In this document: positions 56,258 through 64,000 of the stretch, one piece after another
Position numbering within the stretch: position 1 is the stretch's first letter
Layout: each line of letters opens with the position of its first letter
Virus record (IMG/VR): IMGVR_UViG_3300027749_000060
Coordinates: 45,419 to 109,418 of that record
Source of the DNA: a virus
Length of the DNA: 64,000 bases
Strand: one strand, 5' to 3'
Position numbers and translations under genes: made by a program
Notes under the pieces: model-generated
Told to the model about the DNA's origin: nothing
The model's input: the letters and a program-made list of their open reading frames with translations, nothing else
The model's database searches: none

Positions 56258-57885
56258 GATATTTCCTTTTCTTCAAACAAATCATTAAACTTTGTGCGAC
56301 CGTTAAGGGCCTTCTTGCCAATGAATCCGCGACCACCAATAATATCCATCCAATAGTTACGGTAGTGTTCTATGATAGCCTCTGATTCTTCTTTGACATC
56401 TGTAGCAAAGATAGCATCTACTATGTCTTTGAACATTTCATAATCGCCATTGTTTTTACGCATCATACCAGGATACTCGCCTGCATCGTATGTTCTATTA
56501 GCACGTTGTACAGCCTCAATGTGGGTCCATACATTATGTCCCATCAATAATGCATAACTAAAACTATCCCAGCTAGTTTTACCTTCTTTGCCATTCTTAT
56601 TTACATCACCCGGCTTGTAATAGCAAATGTCTTTCATTTTAAGCAGACTGCTAATGGGACTTTCGTCAAAGTGGCTAACCCACTTTTCTTGTACAGCAGT
56701 AACACCATATGGGCGCATATCAGTTGCATACTTCTTATCATCTACAATAGGGCTCATACGATAACACCATTTACCTTCGTGCGGCAAATCAATCTCATGA
56801 TATACTTGTCCATTGGCAGTAGCTAAGAATGGGCTGGCGCAATCAAAGCTGATAGTAAAGGCTGGATTGACGTACTTTCTGACAGCTCTTTGTATGTCAG
56901 TTAACAATACTGCCCACTCTAATTTGCTAGTACCCAAGAAGTGCATCCAATCATGTACACCTTCTTGCAGCAAGTTGTCGTGGCGTAATGCTACTAATCT
57001 TTTTAGTATAAGATGCACATCACACATATTCTGTCCGCCCATTGCCCAACCATCAAAGTGTTTATCTGGATAGACTGTAGGATCACAAAATACTTTCATA
57101 GCCTGATACCAATCCTCGGCACTGGTATGATTATCACCTTGCAATACATTTAAGTATTTTGCACCACCGTTGTTCTTGCCACGGCGATGACGCATAAAGT
57201 ATTCGTTATTGTATTTTGTTGCTGCAACCGCCTCTGGCAAGGTAGTAATACCGCAGGCATTGCTGGCTTTCTTGTCATGAATAACCCAAGTTGGAATATC
57301 TAAGATCATTCCATAGTCAGAAATACTATCTAACCAAGTAAGCACACCGCCGCGTTTCTTTTGTGCTGCATCAATTTTATCTTGATACAGTTTGGCGTGA
57401 TTAATGTTAACAGTCTTTGGTACACCTTTTTTCATTACAGGATTGCCAGCTTTGTCTAGTACAGGCCGAGCTTCGATACCCAATGCCTGCATAGCTGCCA
57501 TTTTCTGTGTAACTTCTGGGCCATTAGGGTCACGCCATTCGCCTTCCCACAAGCCCTTGGCAATCTGAAATCCGCCCGAATCACCTAACATAAAAGTGCC
57601 AGGCTTGCGATTACGAACCATGTCCTCACTGGCGTCTGGTTTATTCAGATCTAAGTTGGCATGCCCTGCACTATAAAGACTCCAGCGATAAGGAAACAGA
57701 CCTTTTTGATCATCTAACCAATTCATCTGCTCCATGTCTGTTAAGCCTTGAGGAAAACGTGCAGGATCTACGTAGTCGTTATTAACACGTTGTTTCCCCA
57801 CAAAAGTAGCATAGAATCCCGATATAGCTGGTAAGAATACAGCGTAGTCGTTTTGTTTAGCGGTTAAATTATCCTGCGACATCAT
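56254..57885 (-). CDS. dpdA: TGT-fold guanine transglycosylase, DpdA-like (probably DNA-acting)
   Basis: DSGGFQ, MILDIP, VLQG, GWAMGG, HFLG and SFD motifs of the TGT barrel. The DNA target is inferred from phage context with folE/queD/queE. Confidence 0.72.
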   Translation of the reverse strand: MMSQDNLTAKQNDYAVFLPAISGFYATFVGKQRVNNDYVDPARFPQGLTDMEQMNWLDDQKGLFPYRWSLYSAGHANLDLNKPDASEDMVRNRKPGTFMLGDSGGFQIAKGLWEGEWRDPNGPEVTQKMAAMQALGIEARPVLDKAGNPVMKKGVPKTVNINHAKLYQDKIDAAQKKRGGVLTWLDSISDYGMILDIPTWVIHDKKASNACGITTLPEAVAATKYNNEYFMRHRRGKNNGGAKYLNVLQGDNHTSAEDWYQAMKVFCDPTVYPDKHFDGWAMGGQNMCDVHLILKRLVALRHDNLLQEGVHDWMHFLGTSKLEWAVLLTDIQRAVRKYVNPAFTISFDCASPFLATANGQVYHEIDLPHEGKWCYRMSPIVDDKKYATDMRPYGVTAVQEKWVSHFDESPISSLLKMKDICYYKPGDVNKNGKEGKTSWDSFSYALLMGHNVWTHIEAVQRANRTYDAGEYPGMMRKNNGDYEMFKDIVDAIFATDVKEESEAIIEHYRNYWMDIIGGRGFIGKKALNGRTKFNDLFEEKEIS

Positions 57886-58234
57886 AATCTCTTGTTAATG
57901 CCAATAGTAAATCTAATTTACTTTTAGCTTGTTCCACTTCTTCGATGGCACCTACTAGCTGTGGATACTGATCTTTAAGCAATTCTATATCACGTTCTTG
58001 CTGCATCTTGTACTGGGCCCAGTCTATGGCCTCTTGTGCTTGATTGCTGAGTCCCACGGTAGCATAGCTGGTGTTCATGACAATCCAATTTGCGCCATTA
58101 AACACCTCCATGTTTGTACCGTTAATACGAAGCATACCTTGTGCGGGATTACTTGAATTGGTACTAATATAAGGCACAGAGGTATCGCCCCCTGTAACTA
58201 TTACATGCCGCTCGCCCATGAGACCTTTTATCAT
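57869..58234 (-). CDS. Hypothetical protein
   Basis: Overlaps both neighbours. Confidence 0.7.
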   Translation of the reverse strand: MIKGLMGERHVIVTGGDTSVPYISTNSSNPAQGMLRINGTNMEVFNGANWIVMNTSYATVGLSNQAQEAIDWAQYKMQQERDIELLKDQYPQLVGAIEEVEQAKSKLDLLLALTRDYDVAG

Positions 58235-58962
58235 TTTGTCATTGCAGGTATGGTGTAATTATAAACAGCAATGCCAGAATCAACTGTGATCTGTGCTGCA
58301 CCTTCATCGCTAAAACGCATAGTTTTATCGCCCGGCAAACCTAAAATGTTTTTAACAACATTAACAGGCCATGGCCAACCTCTTGTTAAATTGCCTGAGA
58401 TATTAGTTTCAAATACAAAGCTACCTGCATGGGTACTGTTGTCACCAAAATAGAATTTAAGATCCTTACCTTCTACTTTAGCAATGAATGTTGTTTCTTC
58501 GCTATTAGCCTGGCTTTGAAATACAAATCGTTGTATACCTAGCACAGTAGGAGCAACATCGACACCCCATTTAACATCTTTAAATTTCATTGTTTTGATC
58601 TTGTCGTTAACAATAGATGCACCCATAAAGCGATAGTCGTTTTTAAAGTCTCCTACTTTATTTTCAAAGTGGATGCCAGATGGTACTGCGGCACCATTAA
58701 CAGTTTGTCTGCTAATACTAATTTGTGCATCTTCCTTGTATTCAGGAATATTTAAAATAGTGTTTAGTTTGCCCAAGTTAGGCATTCCAAACTGTCCAAT
58801 GAACTCTGCCACTGGACCATGAAAGGTAGCATCAAGAATAACACTTTTGTCTTCTGCAATAGCGTTAACAAGAGTTTCTTCTTCTGTACCTGTAATTTTA
58901 ATTAAGTCAATCACACCCAGGTTGTGTGTGTGCTTGACCATATCTAATAGTGCGTCTTTCAT
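58231..58962 (-). CDS. Putative sliding clamp (gp45-like)
   Basis: 243 aa, two-fold beta/alpha pattern, FGMPNL..L..IL, position directly after DNA polymerase. Confidence 0.55.
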   Translation of the reverse strand: MKDALLDMVKHTHNLGVIDLIKITGTEEETLVNAIAEDKSVILDATFHGPVAEFIGQFGMPNLGKLNTILNIPEYKEDAQISISRQTVNGAAVPSGIHFENKVGDFKNDYRFMGASIVNDKIKTMKFKDVKWGVDVAPTVLGIQRFVFQSQANSEETTFIAKVEGKDLKFYFGDNSTHAGSFVFETNISGNLTRGWPWPVNVVKNILGLPGDKTMRFSDEGAAQITVDSGIAVYNYTIPAMTK

Positions 58963-58985
58963 AGTGGTTCCTTATAATAGTTGAT

Positions 58986-59014
58986 ATAATACATGATATA
59001 TTTAGATTTTGCAA
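58986..59014 (-). promoter_or_regulatory. Nested sigma70 and late promoter for the clamp-dpdA operon
   Basis: TTGCAA-17 nt-TATTAT with TAAATA (58999-59004) in the spacer. Confidence 0.6.
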
Positions 59015-59028
59015 ACGTTTCGATGAAA

Positions 59029-61689
59029 TTATTCAAACGTGAATAATTGATCAAATGTAGTTTTTGTTCCGGTATTGTCTCTAATGTCCCAATCCAGAAC
59101 TCCTAATAAGTTATCAACCTTTTGGTCAACAATAGTTGCTTCCATTAGGTCGTTATCAAATGGTAAGTCTTTAAACCATTGTGGTATGTGAGTTTCGTCA
59201 GTTGGATAGCCAACAGATGTAAATCCTAATGGATTTGCTTTTAGTTTACAAACAATAGTTTTCATTCCGTCGATTATGCTCATACTGCGATTGTCGCTAT
59301 TCATACGCCTCAACGAATTCCAATTGATTGCTGCACGTACATGCCCTGGCATATTAGATCTACCTTTACGTTCCTCAAGTTCGGCAAACTTAGTTAAGTT
59401 GTTTACACGTTTAGGTGTACCTTTTTCCCAAGCCGGCCGCTCTTGAAAACTCAATTTAAAAGTTAACACACGTTGGTAGATTTCTTTCTTCTCGGCACCT
59501 GTTAGTACTGCTAATAATAGTTCACTTAAAAAGTCTTGTACAACCTTAGGAGTATCACTACGCTTTAAGTCCAACCCCATTGCCTTTACCTTGCCTAACT
59601 TACCATTGACATTCTGTTTGTTTCCTTCAAGGTCGACAATAAGAACTGCATAGCGTTTCTTTTTAATAAACAACCCTTTACTAGCTACTAGCTCTCGGCC
59701 GCCAACAATAATACTGCCCATTTCTCTTGGACAATGGAATGCTCTTTCCATGAACCCCGGGAAACTGGTATTAACTTGATCGGCGATGTTATCGTACAGT
59801 TCGATGCACATTTCTTCAGTCCACTTCATATTACCAGCAGCAACGTCATCCTTGATAACTGGCCACGCTGAGAAATAAACTGAGTCTGTGTCACCGTAAA
59901 TAATAGAGTCACCTGTATGATCGTACTTGCCTGTTATGCATTCATTGGTATGTGCATCCATATGTCTAGCAATAACACGCCCAGTTAAGGTAGTCGATTG
60001 GCCAATTCGCTTATCAAAAAACCTACAGCCAGGATTAAGAATAGCGCCGTACAAGCTGTTGAGATTAATCTTTTTAACCAGCTGACGTTTGTCCCAGAAT
60101 GCTTTATCTTCATTTGTTTTAGCTTCCTTCTTCTTAGCCTGAAGTTCTTTACGCTCTGCATACCAACGTTCCAGTAATCCGGGCACAATACCTTTAGCAT
60201 CGTACTTAAAGATAGTACCATTGGCACTAAGTATCCAAGGTTGATTGCCTTCGAATACTAAACGCCAAACATCAGCGGCAGACATAGTATCATTACCGCC
60301 GCCCTCCCAGTCAATGGTTATGTCTGTGCCAGGCTCCATATTCATTACACTGGTATATTCTAAGCTACCAAACAAGTTTTCCCAGGCGTCTGCAAAACTT
60401 GAACCTGCATCCATTTTTTCTTTTATGTATTGATCGGTCCTTGTTTGTCTGAGCTGTCCGACAATAGTCTCACATGCCATGTTGAGGGCACGAATAGCCG
60501 AGGGATAGAGCGAGTTGATGTCGATTGCTCCAATCCATTCGTGCATACCCTTTTTGGGGTAAGCAACGTAGGCACCTGCTGCTTGCGTTTCACCTTGTTC
60601 ATCTTGATTACTCCTATTTTGAACTATTAAACCTTGACGATGTGATTCATTAATAATGGCTTGTTCGGTAACAGCCACAGCCCCCATAGTAGTAGGAAGC
60701 AATACAGTATTGTCGTGTGCCAATTCGTTGGCAAGATCAATAAAGCGAAGTTTCTTATCCAACTTGGCCAACAACATGGTGTCTTGCCTGTTGTAGTCAA
60801 TAAATTTAGGAAAATCTTTATTGTATAATTGATCCAATGTACCTTCGTACTGGAGTTTGCGTTCTTCAAGTTCGTACTCGCCGATAGCATCTAAGCTGTA
60901 GCTATGACGTTCTTCATATGTGTATTTGCGATACAGTTGCATATAGTCCATATGCACACGACCAATCAAGTCGAATGTGATGTTTTCAGCACCAAAACGT
61001 TCAAAGGTTCTCTTTTTAGGAAATTGATTCCATAAGCAATAACGACGGGTATCGTCTTTGCTGAGTACTTTGATAGTACGCATTACCATATACGGAACGT
61101 CAAAGCCCTCTGAGTTCCACCCGCTTAGTATGTCTGCATCCTCAATGAGGTCAAGGAATGTTTTAATCATATCATCTTCGCGAGCAAAGATAAAACAATT
61201 ATCAAACTGACTGGCTACTTCTTGTGCAGTATCCCAGCTATAGCTTTTTGGTGGTACTGCTAGTGTAATCAATTTATCAAGCCAAGACAAGTAAACTGAA
61301 ATTGCAGTAATGGGATTAAATGGATCTTCGGGTCTGCTGTACCCGCGCACAGGATCAAAGTCCACCTCAATATCAAAAAAGCAAATGTTCAAATTAGGTG
61401 CATCCTTACCTAAATAGTTTTCTTCTAAACATCTTACCAATGGTTTAATGTCAGATTCCCACAGTTTATTTTTTGGATGTATTTTAATTTCTTTATAGAA
61501 CTCTTTGCCGTTACGAGTACTAAACCTGCTGACAGGCGTACCGTATATGGTTGTAAATTTACCTCTAGGGTCGTCGTAGTAGAATAGATAGTTAGCAGGA
61601 TATTCTTGATATACCCTGCGACCTTCTACTCGTTCTACTACATGAATCCTGTCGTTCTCTTTATCAAAAAGTGCGTCAACATAACTCAT
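59029..61689 (-). CDS. gp43: Family B DNA polymerase (gp43-like)
   Basis: Exonuclease motifs FDIE, GWNSEGFD, YN.QD; polymerase motifs DINSLYPS, K...NSLYG, YGDTDS, KKRY. Confidence 0.96.
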   Translation of the reverse strand: MSYVDALFDKENDRIHVVERVEGRRVYQEYPANYLFYYDDPRGKFTTIYGTPVSRFSTRNGKEFYKEIKIHPKNKLWESDIKPLVRCLEENYLGKDAPNLNICFFDIEVDFDPVRGYSRPEDPFNPITAISVYLSWLDKLITLAVPPKSYSWDTAQEVASQFDNCFIFAREDDMIKTFLDLIEDADILSGWNSEGFDVPYMVMRTIKVLSKDDTRRYCLWNQFPKKRTFERFGAENITFDLIGRVHMDYMQLYRKYTYEERHSYSLDAIGEYELEERKLQYEGTLDQLYNKDFPKFIDYNRQDTMLLAKLDKKLRFIDLANELAHDNTVLLPTTMGAVAVTEQAIINESHRQGLIVQNRSNQDEQGETQAAGAYVAYPKKGMHEWIGAIDINSLYPSAIRALNMACETIVGQLRQTRTDQYIKEKMDAGSSFADAWENLFGSLEYTSVMNMEPGTDITIDWEGGGNDTMSAADVWRLVFEGNQPWILSANGTIFKYDAKGIVPGLLERWYAERKELQAKKKEAKTNEDKAFWDKRQLVKKINLNSLYGAILNPGCRFFDKRIGQSTTLTGRVIARHMDAHTNECITGKYDHTGDSIIYGDTDSVYFSAWPVIKDDVAAGNMKWTEEMCIELYDNIADQVNTSFPGFMERAFHCPREMGSIIVGGRELVASKGLFIKKKRYAVLIVDLEGNKQNVNGKLGKVKAMGLDLKRSDTPKVVQDFLSELLLAVLTGAEKKEIYQRVLTFKLSFQERPAWEKGTPKRVNNLTKFAELEERKGRSNMPGHVRAAINWNSLRRMNSDNRSMSIIDGMKTIVCKLKANPLGFTSVGYPTDETHIPQWFKDLPFDNDLMEATIVDQKVDNLLGVLDWDIRDNTGTKTTFDQLFTFE

Positions 61690-61976
61690 TGTGTAAGCAT
61701 CCTTGTTAATCCTATACTATCAATTGTAATCAGCAGTGAGTAGTTTGCCAGCATGCCAAAAGATCTACGGCTATAACTAGCCCACCCATACATACAACAC
61801 TGAATAATAAAAACAGGATAAATGTAAATAAGAGGCGGATTAGGTACAGTGAGTGCCATAGTGATACTGCATCCAATTGAAATAACCCAAGCCGCAGCTT
61901 CAACGATAAAACGAACAGGGTTAGTTTTATAGTCGTTTTTGATCCACGTAAAAACATTACGGATACTGTCGTTCAA
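61686..61976 (-). CDS. Small membrane protein (about 3 TM segments)
   Basis: Hydrophobic segments; overlaps both neighbours. Confidence 0.7.
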   Translation of the reverse strand: MNDSIRNVFTWIKNDYKTNPVRFIVEAAAWVISIGCSITMALTVPNPPLIYIYPVFIIQCCMYGWASYSRRSFGMLANYSLLITIDSIGLTRMLTQ

Positions 61977-62233
61977 AGTGTCTTGCCTACAGTTTCCAAT
62001 ATAGTATTTAGATCGTCGTGATCGCGATTGGTCTCGCCTAGTTTACTCTTGCTGGCTATCTTAATTGCTTTTTTAAGAATAGCAGGCTTAACTTCAAGTT
62101 CTTCAGCAATTGCTTTGATGGTTTCGTTGAGCCCTGTGCTTAGTGCTTCAACTTCGGCCATTACTTGCATGCCTTCATTGATAATTTGTGTTAGTTTAAT
62201 TTTTTGATCGCCGCTGAACATACGTGCTGTCAT
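61973..62233 (-). CDS. Small dsDNA-binding protein (T4 DsbA/GapR-like)
   Basis: Helical; IKAIAEELEVKPAILKKAIKIA pattern. Confidence 0.6.
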   Translation of the reverse strand: MTARMFSGDQKIKLTQIINEGMQVMAEVEALSTGLNETIKAIAEELEVKPAILKKAIKIASKSKLGETNRDHDDLNTILETVGKTL

Positions 62234-62261
62234 AAAGATCCTTTATAGTGAATTATAGTTA

Positions 62262-62290
62262 ATTATAGATTACTTATTTCACAAAAGCAA
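62262..62290 (-). promoter_or_regulatory. sigma70-like promoter for the DNA polymerase operon
   Basis: TTGCTT-17 nt-TATAAT. Confidence 0.75.
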
Positions 62291-62307
62291 GTGTTTAGAT
62301 AAAAAAA

Positions 62308-62405
62308 GTGCTCACTTTCGAGATTCCCGGTAGCGAATCGGGCCGTCCCGCGCCAGCAGCCGGCGCACACTTAATATAACGCAAAGGTCCTAAGATAGTG
62401 TGTTC
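62308..62405 (-). ncRNA. Candidate structured non-coding RNA of unknown class
   Basis: GC-rich intergenic island with three stems, followed by U7 on the minus strand. Confidence 0.55.
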
Positions 62406-62408
62406 GTA

Positions 62409-62804
62409 TTAACCGTTAATGTAATTTGGATGCGCTTTATTAAACTTGCGCATAATAATGCCAGCTACGCTATTAGCTTCGTTTTCTTCATCACTGCCAG
62501 TTTCGCCGCTGTTGGCATTAAGTTGATCTTCTTGGTGTTGTTTAAAATGAACAAGTTCGTGTGCCAGTGTTCTACAAATATCAATTGGATGTCTGCGATC
62601 TATACCCAAACTAATGGTCATATCTGATGGGGAAAAACTACCAAATGTAGGCTGCTCTTGTTGATTCATTGATTTGAAAATGTTAATTTCAGGTAAGTTA
62701 GTTAGTCCTAGTTCTTCCATGGCCAATGGAAGTAAATCCTTTATTGCACTGTATACAACTTGGTAGGATTCCTTTGATTCAACTAGGAATTCAACAGCTC
62801 TCAT
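62409..62804 (-). CDS. HEXXH zinc-metallopeptidase-like protein, probably virion-packaged
   Basis: RTLAHELVH...ENEAN; start MRAVEFLVE overlaps the upstream stop (TAATG). Confidence 0.75.
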   Translation of the reverse strand: MRAVEFLVESKESYQVVYSAIKDLLPLAMEELGLTNLPEINIFKSMNQQEQPTFGSFSPSDMTISLGIDRRHPIDICRTLAHELVHFKQHQEDQLNANSGETGSDEENEANSVAGIIMRKFNKAHPNYING

Positions 62805-64000
62805 TATTCTTGATCTCGCCAACGTTTCTCTGCAGAGTCCCAATATCTTCCACCAACTACATTTTTGGTTTCTGTTTTAGATTCTTCATATGGTTGCTCT
62901 TGTGTATCAGGCTCATTGGTAGCCGGTACAACTTGATCGTAGTCTTTCATGGTCAGAGTATTACCATTACTACTTAGATTTACTAGTTTTTCTGCCACAT
63001 CGTGCAAATCTAAGTCAGTTTTTGCATCTTCTCTAGCAAATTCCATTACACGCAATAGCATAGGAACGTCCATGGTGACAGTATCAGTTGGATTAGATGA
63101 TGCTTCTTCGTCTAAGTTTATTAATTTTAGATAGTGGCGCTGTAGATATTCTTTAGCCCATTTTGCATCATCAAATAATGGACCAACACGCACACCTGAA
63201 TGATTTAACACTTCAAATCTTTCGCCCTTGCTACCGTCCGGTCTCATGATATTAACTTTACGTACACGCGGTCTGCCAGATTTAATTTCTTCGCCCTCGG
63301 GAATCATACCATTGCGGGCACTGTCTTCTAATTCTAAGTATGCAGCCTTGGCTTTTTGATAGTTGGTCTCGTCACCAATTTTATCGTAATGTTGCATCAG
63401 GTCGTGCAGTCGATCTGCTTCTTTAATATAATCACGCATGCTCATTTTAGCAGGTTCGGCAGATTCGTTTTTATCTTGCCACCAGTAATTACCGTTAACA
63501 GGTTTTGATTTAGGCAACGATGGTGTTTTATTCAACATACGGCTACGTGCAGCTAGCGCCATTTTTTTTAATGTTTCTGGATCTTTGCCACTTAGATTGG
63601 GATGAGTGGAAGACTGGAAACGTTTAATCCATGTGTCTGGGGAATCGTTTGCAGTTAGTTTACCTTCGTCTATTTGTTGTGCTAGTATGCGTTCGACTTG
63701 TTTAATCCAGCTATTTAAATTATTCGATTCAATACCTTGTGCATTGTTTCCAACCATGCCTGCAACAGAATTAATAGCATCACTTACACGATCAGACCCA
63801 TATTTTAGTAAATCTGGTCGTTTTTCTGTAATGCCCTTAACGATAGCACTTATAACAGAACTATTCGACACGCCTTCCGCCACATTTGACTTATAACTTG
63901 GTTGTGTTTGTGCATCGGTTTCTTGAACTGCGGCTACTAATAATTTATTTCCAGCCTCTATTGCTTTTTCTAATGCTTGTTGTCTACTAGTCCATATTAT
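62804..64000 (-). CDS. Modular putative internal head protein, 5' end outside the window
   Basis: Frame stays open from 63883 to the window end by manual check; recurrent [VIL]xE motifs. Confidence 0.6.
   Translation of the reverse strand: MIWTSRQQALEKAIEAGNKLLVAAVQETDAQTQPSYKSNVAEGVSNSSVISAIVKGITEKRPDLLKYGSDRVSDAINSVAGMVGNNAQGIESNNLNSWIKQVERILAQQIDEGKLTANDSPDTWIKRFQSSTHPNLSGKDPETLKKMALAARSRMLNKTPSLPKSKPVNGNYWWQDKNESAEPAKMSMRDYIKEADRLHDLMQHYDKIGDETNYQKAKAAYLELEDSARNGMIPEGEEIKSGRPRVRKVNIMRPDGSKGERFEVLNHSGVRVGPLFDDAKWAKEYLQRHYLKLINLDEEASSNPTDTVTMDVPMLLRVMEFAREDAKTDLDLHDVAEKLVNLSSNGNTLTMKDYDQVVPATNEPDTQEQPYEESKTETKNVVGGRYWDSAEKRWRDQE

Noticed and set aside
56254-57885. Ordinary host-type tRNA-guanine transglycosylase / queuosine pathway
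   Set aside because: No Zn motif, large insertions, and no queC, queF, queA or tRNA genes in the window. A DNA target is more likely, though not proven.
59029-61689. Intron or intein in the DNA polymerase
   Set aside because: Continuous 886-aa ORF with normally spaced motifs.
62308-62405. tRNA, SRP RNA or simple terminator
   Set aside because: No cloverleaf or TTC loop, only an AGCAG fragment of the SRP motif, and the strongest hairpin is too far from the U-run.
1-64000. Stop-codon reassignment
   Set aside because: Genes up to 11 kb are open in the standard code, and TAA, TGA and TAG all occur as stops.

Overview
The whole window is a segment of a large, AT-rich, T4-related (probably jumbo) myovirus genome; no host-like region, tRNA, rRNA, CRISPR array or transposase was seen. 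(1) 1-3190, minus strand: T4-syntenic gp55 late sigma, gp47 and gp46. (2) 3298-37607, plus strand, driven by TAAATA late promoters: contractile-tail baseplate genes (gp53, hub, gp5 with a C-terminal lysozyme-like domain, gp25, gp6, a 3701-aa wedge protein with an inserted YHYH domain), an S74-chaperone tail fibre, and three Ig/Calx-beta adhesin-like proteins. The last two of these end in a 'VICT' domain and a Hint domain. (3) 37609-64000, minus strand, with several near-consensus sigma70 promoters: thyX, a MoxR/VWA pair, small early genes, an SGNH hydrolase, RNase H, a clamp-like protein, family B DNA polymerase and putative head proteins. The best candidate for a new system lies at 48104-57885, directly downstream of the polymerase: a 7-deazaguanine cluster (TGT/DpdA-like, second T-fold protein with LxxxHRHxF, folE, queD, queE, no queC in the window) interleaved with a GT-B glycosyltransferase, galE, a phosphoribosyltransferase and MazG. 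It suggests a sugar-decorated 7-deazaguanine DNA base. The queD and folE leaders each contain a preQ1-I-riboswitch-like pseudoknot next to the ribosome-binding site. Other notable signals are a Calx-beta-like domain split across two adjacent fibre genes, a ~100-nt structured RNA candidate at 62308-62405, and a probable AUU start for the late sigma factor. All assignments come from motif recognition by eye; no searches were run.
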